Shown: positions 1 through 9,711 of the stretch, one piece after another
Position numbering within the stretch: the first letter of the stretch is position 1
Layout: every line of letters starts with the position of its first letter
Virus record (IMG/VR): IMGVR_UViG_3300009159_000035
Length of the DNA stretch: 64,000 bases
Strand: one strand, 5' to 3'
DNA from: a virus
The notes under the pieces: model-generated
Told to the model about the DNA's origin: nothing
Database searches by the model: none
Seen by the model: only the letters and a program-made list of their open reading frames with translations
Translations under genes and position numbers: made by a program

Positions 1-790
1 ATCTAACTAGCCGTTCAACAAAACTTACGCGCTTTGTTCTAAATTCATTTGAGTATGAAATATAAATTATTTGAGAGTCAGTTAATGTGCGATTCATTTT
101 ATTTAATGGATCACGCTGTGCCCACTGTAGATAAATTAAACCAGCTGCATCCTTTTTAACTTCAGGATAGAGAGTAGATGGATCTAATTCTTTAAAGCCA
201 ATAATATCTTTTGGATTTGTTAAATTATCATAAATAATCTCAAAAGCCAAATGGCCCTCAATTAACCATTGATAAAAATATTGCCATGCAGAAATACCTC
301 GATCAAAACTCCAAGCACTATAAATCTTCTCAAAATTTTCACGGTACTTATCAATTACCTTTTCTTGGTAGTTAAGACGTTCTTCTTTATTTTTACCTCG
401 ATAGTTAATTTCTCCAACTAAGTCATTTGGATAACAAAATCGATTATCTTCATCATATACAACTGCATCATCAGTAATTGTCTCAATAATAAACTCAATT
501 TCACCGTTTGATGCAAGATCACGAAGACGTTCTCTTTTTTGAACATAATCTAATTGAAAAAATGCAATTGATTTGTTTTTTAAGGACGAAGTAGTATCAG
601 ATAAGGCTAGGGTTGCTTTCATTAAGTCATCGCCCATTGCATTATTAAAGCCAGTCATCTGACCTTCAATATAACCAATTGCTTGAGAGTTTTTTACCAA
701 AAGGTCATCATACTTCATACCAAAACGGCTTAGAGCGGTTAAACCTGATCTAAGGCCTCTTAATGGGTTACTATCTAAAAATCCTGCCAT
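1..790 (-). CDS. gp20: T4 gp20-like portal vertex protein, N-terminal part (runs off window start)
   Basis: Not in ORF track; manual translation from ATG at 790: MAGFLDSNPLRG...EIEFIIETITDDAVVYDE...YFYQWLIEGHLAFEIIY...IIGFKELDP...IIYISYS, matching gp20 motifs (EI..IV.EAIV, W.VDG, GI.EL..LDP). Confidence 0.85.
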   Translation of the reverse strand, partial: MAGFLDSNPLRGLRSGLTALSRFGMKYDDLLVKNSQAIGYIEGQMTGFNNAMGDDLMKATLALSDTTSSLKNKSIAFFQLDYVQKRERLRDLASNGEIEFIIETITDDAVVYDEDNRFCYPNDLVGEINYRGKNKEERLNYQEKVIDKYRENFEKIYSAWSFDRGISAWQYFYQWLIEGHLAFEIIYDNLTNPKDIIGFKELDPSTLYPEVKKDAAGLIYLQWAQRDPLNKMNRTLTDSQIIYISYSNEFRTKRVSFVERLVR

Positions 791-799
791 TTATTTGTT

Positions 800-1465
800 T
801 TATTTTATTTCAAAGAGTGAAAAACTTGATCTTGCTGATATCATTTTATCAGTTGAATAGTTTGCTAGGTGTAATTTAGGAACATCATTCCAATCTATTA
901 ATGACAAGTTTCGCATCTTTTCTCTATTGTATTTATTCACCAGAAGATTGAATTTAATATCGGGTAAACCAGATACGGCTTTAATAAAGTCTAGGTTAAC
1001 TCGATAAAATGCAGAAAGTTCACTCATTCTGAGCCGTTTATCAATATCAATCAAGGTTCCATCTGAATAGCATTTATCAAGCAAATTTGCAACCTGCTTA
1101 AGATATATTCGGATAAATTTCTTACGTAATGACTGTGACATTAGCTTGACATTTAAGCCAAAGCCATCAGTGCTTAGTGCCAAAAATATTGGGCGATTAT
1201 CGTAAAATGGCTTTTTAACTTTTGGATACCTTTCAATTAGCGAATCTTCTCTAGCTGATGGGTTCTTCATCATTTCATATTCGTCCCAAGTTGGAACCTG
1301 GTCAGGCCCAATTGGGTCAAGCTCTACATGAGTATAAAAATGTCCAGGCATTAAAAAGGTATTTGACGTATTGGTATTTGAACCAAATATATGATTTGGA
1401 CTTGGACTAAACTCTGGGTCTGTTCCATTTTGATAAAAGTCCTTTAATTTCTCTAATTGATTCAT
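800..1465 (-). CDS. gp2: T4 gp2-like DNA end protector protein
   Basis: PGHFY...PFYDNRPIFLAL..GFGLNVKLM...RKKFI...DWNDV resembles gp2 (PG.LY, YWD.FPLI, GLNLHY, DW.NV); next to gp4-like gene. Confidence 0.6.
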   Translation of the reverse strand: MNQLEKLKDFYQNGTDPEFSPSPNHIFGSNTNTSNTFLMPGHFYTHVELDPIGPDQVPTWDEYEMMKNPSAREDSLIERYPKVKKPFYDNRPIFLALSTDGFGLNVKLMSQSLRKKFIRIYLKQVANLLDKCYSDGTLIDIDKRLRMSELSAFYRVNLDFIKAVSGLPDIKFNLLVNKYNREKMRNLSLIDWNDVPKLHLANYSTDKMISARSSFSLFEIK

Positions 1466-1474
1466 TTATATCTT

Positions 1475-1981
1475 TTATATTGATTTGAACAGAAAGTTTT
1501 CGGTTATTATGCCAAATTTTAAACCTCGTACTGATGCAAACTCTTTAGCTGCTTCAAATTTAGCCTGGTTCACAATATATTGCTTTGCAGCATACACATA
1601 ATTAGCAGTTTGTTTGTCGGTCATTCGAGCTGGAGCAGTTGGCGGTTTTGTATACTTATCAGGTTTTACCTCAATTAACCAAGACTGTTCATTACCGTCA
1701 TTGTCTTTAGTTGTAATATAAAAGTCAATATAATAAGTATGGCCTCGTTTGTCTAATGGAGAATAGTAAGGAATTCCAACCGGTTCACTTGAATATTTAA
1801 TAACGGTTGGACTGTGATCACACCATTTAAGAAATTTGAATTCCCATGAACTTCTAAATATAATTTGAGATGGATCTCCTAAATATTTCTCTGGATGTGC
1901 TGGTTTAAAATAACCTTGACGAATTACTCCAGCTCTAGGTTTTAAAAAGGTCTTTATACTCTTTGGTTCTTTAGGTTTCAT
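1475..1981 (-). CDS. gp4: T4 gp4-like head completion protein (TnsA-like nuclease fold)
   Basis: QGYFKPAHPEKYLGD...FRSSWEFKFLKWCD...YSSE...IPY...YYIDF...IEVKP...NQAKFEAA...IITE. Confidence 0.9.
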   Translation of the reverse strand: MKPKEPKSIKTFLKPRAGVIRQGYFKPAHPEKYLGDPSQIIFRSSWEFKFLKWCDHSPTVIKYSSEPVGIPYYSPLDKRGHTYYIDFYITTKDNDGNEQSWLIEVKPDKYTKPPTAPARMTDKQTANYVYAAKQYIVNQAKFEAAKEFASVRGLKFGIITENFLFKSI

Positions 1982-1984
1982 ACA

Positions 1985-1994
1985 GTTATTTATA
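1985..1994 (-). promoter_or_regulatory. T4-type late promoter for gp4-gp2-portal
   Basis: TATAAATAAC, ATG 5 nt after TATAAATA. Confidence 0.7.
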
Positions 1995-3111
1995 GGTACG
2001 CCATGTCGAACACGGAATCGCTAAAATAGCTGTTAAGCCAAAGGTTAAATTCTTTAATCGAATATTGGGTATTTCTATCATGCATATAGCAAAATAGGTC
2101 ATTAATGTCTTTGACTTTATTTAATGAAACTTGGTCATTTATTGAACTATATTGGCGTTTTATATCACCAATTGCTTTATTCCATAAGAATACCGAATAC
2201 CCTTGTTTTATAAAGTTCATCATTTGAGTCTTGCCTGCTTTATCTCTGTCAAATAGGACCTGAGTTGCACCCTTTGCTCCAAGATTAGAAAAAATACTTC
2301 GGGCCTTTGATGCTCCAGACGTTGCAATTGCATTATCTACAAATAATGAGTCAAATTGACCCTCAGTCATTCGGATAGGTTTACTAAAATCAATATTTAG
2401 AATATTAAAATAATTATTTAGAAAATTTGCATCCTCTACCAATTCTTTAGTTAAACCTTTTTGAGAAAATATTTGAGAAAGGTCAGTATATGATTTAATA
2501 ATGTATTTACGCTCAGTGTTTGGATCAAGATTACGAATTGAGAATCCTAATAATCTACCTGACCGTCTGTCAAAATTAAAAATATAAACTTTATTATCAG
2601 AGGAGTCAGTATAGAGACAATCTCCAAAATCTTCAATTAAGTTAAGTCCTCTATTTTTAATGTATTGATATGCAATTGACGTTTCATCAACTAGATCAAG
2701 CCGTTTTAGCGAAAATCGGTTAATTACATCAGTTATTTTAACTAATTGTGAAGTATCAGAAGTTAGGAATCGGATTAATTGGTTTTCAGTTCGCTTTGCC
2801 TGAACGGGTTTGTATTCATCCTCTAAAATAAAGCTTGGCAACATTATGCCATGCTGCTTGCTCATTCGTGCTACAAATTCGCCAACTGTCATGTATGCCA
2901 TGCAGCCATCGTTAAAACATTTGTAGGCTCCAGTATCTAAATAGAGATTGCCGCGCTTCTTAGCAACTTTTTTATCAGAGTCACCGCAAATTGGACACGC
3001 AAAATTTAATTTACGGCCAGTATCGCCATCAATTTTTTGTTTCTCCGGCACATCATGAAACCGCTTACGTAAAAGTGTTTCAATGAATGCTGTTATTTCC
3101 TCAATCTTCAT
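1990..3111 (-). CDS. gp61: DNA primase (T4 gp61-like)
   Basis: NFACPICGDS...KKRG...YKCFNDGC zinc finger; TOPRIM motifs TEGQFDSLF and FDRDKAG. Confidence 0.9.
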   Translation of the reverse strand: MKIEEITAFIETLLRKRFHDVPEKQKIDGDTGRKLNFACPICGDSDKKVAKKRGNLYLDTGAYKCFNDGCMAYMTVGEFVARMSKQHGIMLPSFILEDEYKPVQAKRTENQLIRFLTSDTSQLVKITDVINRFSLKRLDLVDETSIAYQYIKNRGLNLIEDFGDCLYTDSSDNKVYIFNFDRRSGRLLGFSIRNLDPNTERKYIIKSYTDLSQIFSQKGLTKELVEDANFLNNYFNILNIDFSKPIRMTEGQFDSLFVDNAIATSGASKARSIFSNLGAKGATQVLFDRDKAGKTQMMNFIKQGYSVFLWNKAIGDIKRQYSSINDQVSLNKVKDINDLFCYMHDRNTQYSIKEFNLWLNSYFSDSVFDMAYL

Positions 3112-4723
3112 TAGTTACGGCTACTGCCTTTACTGGTTTGGGTTTAATTGCGGTTTTATAAGCCTTTTCCAAATCATATCCCATTTTAGAATAGTCTTTG
3201 CCTGTTTTAACAGCCTTTTCATATTTTTCAGTTTGTAACCATAACCCGCCATCTGGTGCATTAATTTCAGTCCAGCAATTTTCAGCTAAATAGGCTTCCA
3301 TAACTTCGTGTGGAATCGCAAATGGATCACTCACTTCAATACCTTTTTTCTTTGCAACTCTATCTCTATATTTAGCAAGTTCGTGTTTTGGAACAATTAC
3401 GGTAGTTAGGCCATATTTAGAAATAGCTGAAATGTAGGTTGCAAATAATGCTGGCGGTACCTGTAAATCAGGATTACCAATAAATGCTTGACAACTTTCT
3501 GGAATTTCACAATATTCTAATGTTTCAGTATTTACTGAATATAATGGGAATGTTTCGTCTGGCGTAAAATCTTTACTACGACTTCTTGACTTAACTACTT
3601 CAATTTTTCTGGTTAATTTTGGAGTTAACTCAGTAAATCCAATTGCAACCAATAATTTATTGATTGGCTCAATTATTAATCGAAAGAACTGCTGCTCACG
3701 ATCCATAGGAACTGCAATTTCTTCAGGATAAGAACCTGGAGCATAGGCAAAAATATCAAAGTTATATGCATTTTGAGCTGCATAATAAAATTTAATTTTT
3801 GAACCACTGCGAATTAGTGGATACTTTTGATTATTTGTAGATTTAATTAAGTGGTTATGATATGCAACTGCTCTACCGTAAATTGGCATTCCAGTTTCCA
3901 AGACTAATGGAACTAGGCTTTTTAAATAGTCTTCATAAACTCTAACTGAAAAGTTAAATGCAATTTCTTCAACTGGTAAAGCATCGCATTCAGCTTTTAG
4001 TGCTGCTAATTTTGGAATAAGATCGCCTTCTAGGTCAATATTATAACCAATATCAAGTAGATAAGAATATAGGGTTTGCAAGTGTTGCCTTGCCCAAATT
4101 GGGTATGAGGCTTGAATTGCTTCAAGTCCTTTAATGATTAGCGACTCTTTATCTAAAAGCCTTTCATGTTTATTATCTTTATAAGAAACCTTTAAAATAT
4201 ATTTTTTCTTTGCTAACCAAATTCCAGATCTGGATAAATTTTCAAGTTCAAAGTTTTGGCGATTATCGGTATTAAAATGAACTGCGTATTTTTCAAAGGC
4301 TTGTTCAAAATAATTTTTAAGTCGGTTGCGGTTAATTGCCAAACAAAATTCAAGAGATTGAGTATCGGTTAATTCAAAATCTTCAATTGAGCGTATTGCA
4401 TAGTCAAAGCATACATAGACTGAATCAGTATCAGTGTATACGGCTGCTTCTTTCTCAATTTTATTAATTGTTTTTCCAGAAATACCTAATTGCTCATGAA
4501 GTTCTGTATCAAGATGCCATTTTTGTTGAAAATAATGGTTAATTGCCTTGATTGAAAATTTAATTAGATCTTGGCCCTGTAAAGTAATAGACTGAGCTAT
4601 TTCGTTATTATGGAAATAGAAGTACTTATTACCAAATGCACCATAAAATGAGTTAATCAAGATCTTGATTGCATTTTGTTTTAAATCAAGGGACTTTATT
4701 TGCTGTTCTAATTGTTTTGACAT
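3101..4723 (-). CDS. gp43B: Family B DNA polymerase, C-terminal subunit (motifs B and C, thumb) of a split gp43
   Basis: KILINSFYG (motif B), ITLQGQ, YTDTDS (motif C), AKKKY, KGLE; no exonuclease domain or motif A. Confidence 0.9.
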   Translation of the reverse strand: MSKQLEQQIKSLDLKQNAIKILINSFYGAFGNKYFYFHNNEIAQSITLQGQDLIKFSIKAINHYFQQKWHLDTELHEQLGISGKTINKIEKEAAVYTDTDSVYVCFDYAIRSIEDFELTDTQSLEFCLAINRNRLKNYFEQAFEKYAVHFNTDNRQNFELENLSRSGIWLAKKKYILKVSYKDNKHERLLDKESLIIKGLEAIQASYPIWARQHLQTLYSYLLDIGYNIDLEGDLIPKLAALKAECDALPVEEIAFNFSVRVYEDYLKSLVPLVLETGMPIYGRAVAYHNHLIKSTNNQKYPLIRSGSKIKFYYAAQNAYNFDIFAYAPGSYPEEIAVPMDREQQFFRLIIEPINKLLVAIGFTELTPKLTRKIEVVKSRSRSKDFTPDETFPLYSVNTETLEYCEIPESCQAFIGNPDLQVPPALFATYISAISKYGLTTVIVPKHELAKYRDRVAKKKGIEVSDPFAIPHEVMEAYLAENCWTEINAPDGGLWLQTEKYEKAVKTGKDYSKMGYDLEKAYKTAIKPKPVKAVAVTNED

Positions 4724-4728
4724 ATTGT

Positions 4729-4775
4729 GTTATACTTGACTTTGCATATTTTGGTTTAATATACTAATAAATAAC
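4729..4775. promoter_or_regulatory. Divergent pair: AAACC-N18-TATAAC (minus, pol C-subunit) and late ATAAATAAC (plus, 4767-4775)
   Basis: Both recurrent motifs. Confidence 0.6.
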
Positions 4776-4792
4776 TTAAAAGTTAAGGACTG

Positions 4793-5404
4793 GTGAAAGA
4801 AATCACTAAAGACGAACGTTTGATTAATCAAACTTATCCATTTTTGGTAAATTTCCCATTTAGGGATGAATTTACTATGGAAATTGCAAATTCTCCGGTT
4901 CTTGCAGCAATGTTTGATGATGAATTTGAATCAGCCAGACCCACTAAATCACCAACCGTAATTGATTTTATTCATAGTGCTAGCCCAATAAAATCAAAAA
5001 TTTCAATATTTAAAGAAGACTTACTTTGGATAGATGAAGTTGCTAGCTCTGTTAAAAAACTTGATAAAATATCAAAACAAATAGATCGTGGACTAAAGTC
5101 AAAGGATCTATTGGTAAAACGCAATATTTCAATTGAAACTGATGAATGGTTGACTGGTGTAGCTGACCCAAAAAATGCGCTAAGTAGAGAAGTTTTTAAT
5201 GAAGTACTTGGAAGCCTTGTATCAAATCAGCCAATCACAAAGGTTACTGAACTTGTAAATACTATAAATAAGCTATATTTAAAAAAGGGAATAATTAAAC
5301 TATCCCAAACTGAGGCAGACTTGATATTCACGTTTATTCATTTTAGATTAATTTATGCAAAGCTTATTTTAGGAATTGTTATCTCATCAAAAATATCAAT
5401 ATAA
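4793..5404 (+). CDS. Hypothetical protein (late-promoter class)
   Basis: 203 aa ORF, GTG start after ATAAATAAC. Confidence 0.65.
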   Translation: MKEITKDERLINQTYPFLVNFPFRDEFTMEIANSPVLAAMFDDEFESARPTKSPTVIDFIHSASPIKSKISIFKEDLLWIDEVASSVKKLDKISKQIDRGLKSKDLLVKRNISIETDEWLTGVADPKNALSREVFNEVLGSLVSNQPITKVTELVNTINKLYLKKGIIKLSQTEADLIFTFIHFRLIYAKLILGIVISSKISI

Positions 5405-5407
5405 CAA

Positions 5408-5785
5408 ATGGAGCAGCTGAATCAATTTATTGAATATCTTTACACGGTTGAAGAAAATTCATCCTCCTTAAACCAAGAGCAAGTAAAAAAACTTCAAATG
5501 ATTCAGTCAAAGGTTACTGAGATTGTAAATAAAGTTGAGATCATTGCATCTAATACAGTTAATCAATTACAGCCAGTCTATCAACCTCAATTAGAATTAC
5601 AGTTAGCTGAAAATTCAGTATTTAGATTTGGTGAATTTATTGAAATTAATGAGAAAATTGTACAACGAGGTAAAAACTGGGTTGTTATGAATAAAAAAGG
5701 TACTAAAGTTTTAGGTACTCATCCAACCAGAGAAAAAGCAGTTAAGCAGTTACAAGCAATTGAAATAAGCAAAGCTGGTCGCTAA
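5408..5785 (+). CDS. Hypothetical protein, candidate internal head protein
   Basis: Internal FRFGEFIEINE peptide followed by a small basic domain (KIVQRGKNWVV...GTHPTREKAVKQLQAIE). Confidence 0.65.
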   Translation: MEQLNQFIEYLYTVEENSSSLNQEQVKKLQMIQSKVTEIVNKVEIIASNTVNQLQPVYQPQLELQLAENSVFRFGEFIEINEKIVQRGKNWVVMNKKGTKVLGTHPTREKAVKQLQAIEISKAGR

Positions 5786-6555
5786 TGAAATTACAAAGAT
5801 TCCAACAGTTTATTAATGAGGCCAAGCACTGGTCAGAGGAGCCGTTTTTATATGGTCGGTATGCAGAGGTGTTTACTGATTTTGGTTTTGAAGCAGATAT
5901 TCCTGACTTGATTTATGCAGTTGAACAAAAATGGACTGACTTAAAAAATAACTATTGGTGGAATCGAGAGAATAGGCAATGGCGCAAAGATCATTTTGCA
6001 CTTGATGTAAAGGTACACGCTTGGCCAGATTCAGATACAGTTAGGGAAATACTTGGCGAACCGGATATGCCAGAAGAGGCAATTGATGATGAATGGTGGG
6101 TTTGGATGAATGACACACGTGAAGGATTTGTTGACGACCTGTTTAGCCTCTATCCATGGATTGCTGATATTGATTGGGGAGGTAAAAGCGGCGGCTGGTT
6201 ATTATTAGCACCACCATTTGATGATGAATCTACCCGAAATGATATTGAAGAGCGATGTGACGAATATAATAGTGAAAAGCAAGACCTAAAGGACAATGGA
6301 GATTTTGAAGAATTAGTAAATCAGTCAAATGAGCTAGACTATCAAGAATTAAAAGATCTAGGATTAGCCGATGAGCTTAATGAACTTACTTTATTAAAAG
6401 CAACAATTGAAGGATTTAAAAACAATTTAACTGAAACTATTGAACAATTAACACAATGGGAAGCTGATATGGAAGCAATACAAGCTAGAGTTAGTAAATT
6501 TGAAGATAACGCTCAAGAATATTTTCATGCATGGTTAAGAAGTAAAGAAGATTAA
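5785..6555 (+). CDS. Acidic hypothetical protein with capsid-targeting-like N-terminus
   Basis: Starts MKLQRFQQFINEA; GGKSGGWL motif; C-terminal coiled coil. Confidence 0.7.
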   Translation: MKLQRFQQFINEAKHWSEEPFLYGRYAEVFTDFGFEADIPDLIYAVEQKWTDLKNNYWWNRENRQWRKDHFALDVKVHAWPDSDTVREILGEPDMPEEAIDDEWWVWMNDTREGFVDDLFSLYPWIADIDWGGKSGGWLLLAPPFDDESTRNDIEERCDEYNSEKQDLKDNGDFEELVNQSNELDYQELKDLGLADELNELTLLKATIEGFKNNLTETIEQLTQWEADMEAIQARVSKFEDNAQEYFHAWLRSKED

Positions 6556-6560
6556 AAATA

Positions 6561-6632
6561 TACGGACTTAGGACCGTAATAGCCTCGGCTATTTGAACCT
6601 CTCGATATCGCTATCCGAGAGGTTCTTCGTTT
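6561..6632. terminator. Three adjacent hairpins between convergent genes; third is terminator-like
   Basis: TACGG/CCGTA 6561-6578; AATAGC/GCTATT 6578-6593; GAACCTCTCG/CGAGAGGTTC 6595-6625 followed by TTCGTTTT. Confidence 0.6.
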
Positions 6633-8168
6633 TTATCGACCTATAAATTTAGTAAGATCAAATCTGTGTTTGCTTACAATAAATTTCTCTTTAAGATAAA
6701 TTGTTTCTCTAGCTTTTCCGTGTTTTACAATATAACCATCAAGGTCATCAATTAAATCGTATACGGTAACTTCATGTTTTCCAGCAAGTTTACGCATACC
6801 TCGACCAATTGCTTGTCTAATTGTAACTTCTGATTTATAGCTCTCAGCAAAAATAATTTGATTGACACGCTTTAGGTCAATACCTGTAGCAAAAGTACCA
6901 TAACTTGCAACAATAACTGCACCAACTTCTCGTTCCATTGCCTCTTTATAATCAGCGCGGTCCCCGCCGTCAACTCCACCGTCTATATAATATGCATGTT
7001 CATTCCACTCTTTTATCTTATCGCAAATTCTTTGGCCGTATTGATCCTTTACATTAATGAATAGGATTAAGGTATTACCTCCAAGTTTTTGGACAAATGA
7101 AGAAATAAACTCAATTCGGGGTTCATATGAAATAATAAATGCTCGTTCTGCATCAAATAATTCCTTACCAGCTTTGCCGGACTCTCTAAGTGCTTTGTAT
7201 TCTCTAACAAATGGTTCAGTTATTGGATAGTCTAAACTAACCATTTTAATATAGACGTTAGGCGAGTGCTCTTGATCAATTAGGAAGCTTGACTTAAGCG
7301 TCATGCTTAATGGGCCTAAAAATTCTTGAATCTTAAAAAAATCAGAATATTGTTCTTCAATTTTAATTGTACCAGAGAGCCCAAGTTTATATTCAACATT
7401 AGTTGATGCCAATAAAATATCTCTAATTGAAGCACCTCTTGATGTATGGCACTCATCTATACAAATAACTGAAAATCTTTTAAAAAATTCAGGCTCTTTA
7501 TTTTTTAAACTTTGATATGTAGAAATAACTAGATCGGCTTCTTCAAACTTCTCTTCAGAATACTTGTTTTGACCGCCAACCGATAGCACGGAATAATTCA
7601 TTAAGCCAGTATGATAATCCTTTTCAAATTTCTCGGCAGTTTGGCCGACTAATGAAATATTGGGAACTACAATTAGGGCTTTTTTATCTTTAGTGATAAT
7701 ACCTTTGCGTTTTAAGAAAGAAAGGTAAATGTATAGGATTAGGGTTTTACCAGCAGAGGTTGCAAGTTCTTGAGAACAGAATTTATATTTTAAGGCTCGA
7801 TGAGCTGCTTCAAGCTGGTAATCATATGCAGCAATTGATAAACCATCTAATAATACAGATGCAAATTTATCTAATTGGTCTTTTGTAAATGATAGGTTAA
7901 GTAGATCCTCTAAGCCGTCAATGTTTATTTCGTAATCGTATTTCTTGCCGAAATTAATAATTTCCTTCCATAAACCAACACCAATCTTAAAATCCTTATC
8001 GATAAATTTATCATAACCATCCCATAATTTTCGTTTGTATAGCTTATTAAAATGATAACCTTTTTGTCTCTTCCTAAAATAAAGTTGCAGGTCCTTAAGC
8101 TCGCGCTTCATTTCGTGCTTAACTAATTGTAGGTGCTGACGGTCATCAGTTAATTTAAAAGTTAACAA
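6633..8168 (-). CDS. uvsW: UvsW-like SF2 DNA helicase
   Basis: YDYQ, LATSAGKT (Walker A), IDECH, GLSGT, SYGTFATGID, QAIGRGMR. Confidence 0.92.
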   Translation of the reverse strand: MLTFKLTDDRQHLQLVKHEMKRELKDLQLYFRKRQKGYHFNKLYKRKLWDGYDKFIDKDFKIGVGLWKEIINFGKKYDYEINIDGLEDLLNLSFTKDQLDKFASVLLDGLSIAAYDYQLEAAHRALKYKFCSQELATSAGKTLILYIYLSFLKRKGIITKDKKALIVVPNISLVGQTAEKFEKDYHTGLMNYSVLSVGGQNKYSEEKFEEADLVISTYQSLKNKEPEFFKRFSVICIDECHTSRGASIRDILLASTNVEYKLGLSGTIKIEEQYSDFFKIQEFLGPLSMTLKSSFLIDQEHSPNVYIKMVSLDYPITEPFVREYKALRESGKAGKELFDAERAFIISYEPRIEFISSFVQKLGGNTLILFINVKDQYGQRICDKIKEWNEHAYYIDGGVDGGDRADYKEAMEREVGAVIVASYGTFATGIDLKRVNQIIFAESYKSEVTIRQAIGRGMRKLAGKHEVTVYDLIDDLDGYIVKHGKARETIYLKEKFIVSKHRFDLTKFIGR

Positions 8169-8182
8169 AGTATTTAATAATT

Positions 8183-8626
8183 TTAATGCCCATCCAATAA
8201 TTTTTGGACATCTAATCGCGTTTTTATTCCAAACAAAACAGCATCAGTTGTTTTAATTGATTCTGCATAAAATGCAATTTGATTTTCAATCTGTTCTAAT
8301 TTTTCTTTGATTGTTGCAGTTTTACCATCAACTATTGTATTCTTTTCATTTGTACCATATCGAATTTGATGATTCTTTGAAGCATCAACCCATTCTTCAC
8401 CTTTCTTTTCTCGATAAGTTTTCTTTAATTGGGTAAAGTGTTCAATTAGGGTATGGTTTTCCTCTAATAATCTTTGGCGCAAACTTAGGAAGGTAACTTG
8501 AGCTTCTGGTATCTTTCGGATATTTTCCAGTAACTTGATTCCAATATAGATTTCTCCGGAGAAAGATTCTCTCTTTTCTCTGAATACTTCAGCAATAGTT
8601 CTTTTTTGGGGAATTTGTTCTTCCAT
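8183..8626 (-). CDS. uvsY: UvsY-like recombination mediator
   Basis: Helical 147 aa protein directly upstream of uvsW; C-terminal IKTTDAVLFGIKTRLD resembles the UvsY end. Confidence 0.5.
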   Translation of the reverse strand: MEEQIPQKRTIAEVFREKRESFSGEIYIGIKLLENIRKIPEAQVTFLSLRQRLLEENHTLIEHFTQLKKTYREKKGEEWVDASKNHQIRYGTNEKNTIVDGKTATIKEKLEQIENQIAFYAESIKTTDAVLFGIKTRLDVQKLLDGH

Positions 8627-8632
8627 CTAATT

Positions 8633-8659
8633 ATTTTATCAAAAAGCCTAGTTAAGTTT
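8633..8659 (-). promoter_or_regulatory. AAAC-N17-TAAAAT promoter for uvsY-uvsW
   Basis: Recurrent motif. Confidence 0.65.
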
Positions 8660-9129
8660 TAACTAACGAAAGAATAATATACTCCTTCTATTTGATAAAA
8701 GTCTGATAAAAAGTCAGTAATTGTGGTACTTGCGTAAATTGTATTGCCAAGTGGATGATTATCGCCATTCTTATAGAATACAGATACTCCTCCATCATAT
8801 AGGCACACTATTGAATCTAAGTTATAGTGCTTTATCGAACCTTTTGCCATGTTCTTAAATTCATCATGTGTCACTTCAGTATCGTGATTAGTAACAAAAA
8901 TACTTGGAAAAGCACGTTTCATTCGGTAACCTGAACTTTCAATTGAGTGTATCACTTGTAGAACATAACTTAATTTGCCATAGGAATCAAGGTCAGCTAA
9001 GACTTTATTATATTGATCAGGATCTGTAAAGTTGTAAACAACAAACGGTCTTTGGTTTTGCACACAATCTCTAACCAGGTTGTACCTGTTTCCATTGTAT
9101 TCTCTGGTATGTCGTATTGCTCTGCTCAT
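8659..9129 (-). CDS. Hypothetical protein
   Basis: 156 aa ORF with late-type motif upstream (9158-9166). Confidence 0.65.
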   Translation of the reverse strand: MSRAIRHTREYNGNRYNLVRDCVQNQRPFVVYNFTDPDQYNKVLADLDSYGKLSYVLQVIHSIESSGYRMKRAFPSIFVTNHDTEVTHDEFKNMAKGSIKHYNLDSIVCLYDGGVSVFYKNGDNHPLGNTIYASTTITDFLSDFYQIEGVYYSFVS

Positions 9130-9147
9130 TATTTAGTATATTAGATA

Positions 9148-9175
9148 AAACTACTAGGTTATTTATCAGTAAAAT
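9148..9175. promoter_or_regulatory. Overlapping divergent promoters: AAAC-N18-TAAAAT (plus) with late ATAAATAAC (minus, 9158-9166) inside its spacer
   Basis: Both recurrent motifs. Confidence 0.6.
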
Positions 9176-9180
9176 ATTCC

Positions 9181-9711
9181 ATGGAAAAAGCACAACACAT
9201 TAATATATTCGATTTTGATGAAACCTTATTTAGGGTTCCCGGTTATACGTGCAGTGAAGCCAAAGGAAAGAGCCCATATGAATGGTTTGACTCGGCTGAA
9301 TCACTTGACCGAAAGTTTAATATTTGCGGTATTACTAATACTATTGAGCAAGCTAGAGCAGATGGTTTAAATTATTTGATAACTCATAGAGTTAAAGCAT
9401 GTCAACCTAAAGTTCTAGATCTACTTGCAGAGTATAAGATTAGGTTTGAAAAGACCTATTTTTTAGGAAGAGCAGGCGATAAAGCAGAGATTGCAATTGA
9501 CTTAATTAGAGAAACTGATGCTGATTCAATTACAATATACGAAGATTCTCTTTGGGAAATTATCAAATATACTTCATGGTTCCTAGATGCTGGGCTTACT
9601 ATTGATATTAATTTTATTTTTATCGATAAAAGTCGAGTAATTACAATAGATTGGGATACGGCTCGATCCCTAGAAGAATTTTCAATAACTGAAAGATTAA
9701 GATTAATATGA
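9181..9711 (+). CDS. HAD-superfamily phosphatase
   Basis: IFDFDETLF (DxD motif I), LITHR (motif II), K, IYEDS (motif IV). Confidence 0.75.
   Translation: MEKAQHINIFDFDETLFRVPGYTCSEAKGKSPYEWFDSAESLDRKFNICGITNTIEQARADGLNYLITHRVKACQPKVLDLLAEYKIRFEKTYFLGRAGDKAEIAIDLIRETDADSITIYEDSLWEIIKYTSWFLDAGLTIDINFIFIDKSRVITIDWDTARSLEEFSITERLRLI

Noticed and set aside
1475-1981. TnsA-like transposase / mobile element
   Set aside because: Motifs and position next to gp2 and portal fit the T4 gp4 head completion protein; no other transposon genes or ends
3101-4723. Split intein or intron explaining the divided polymerase
   Set aside because: No Cys/Ser-start or His-Asn-end intein blocks at the break and no adjacent intron-like sequence; nrdJ, gp41 and uvsX also lack insertions
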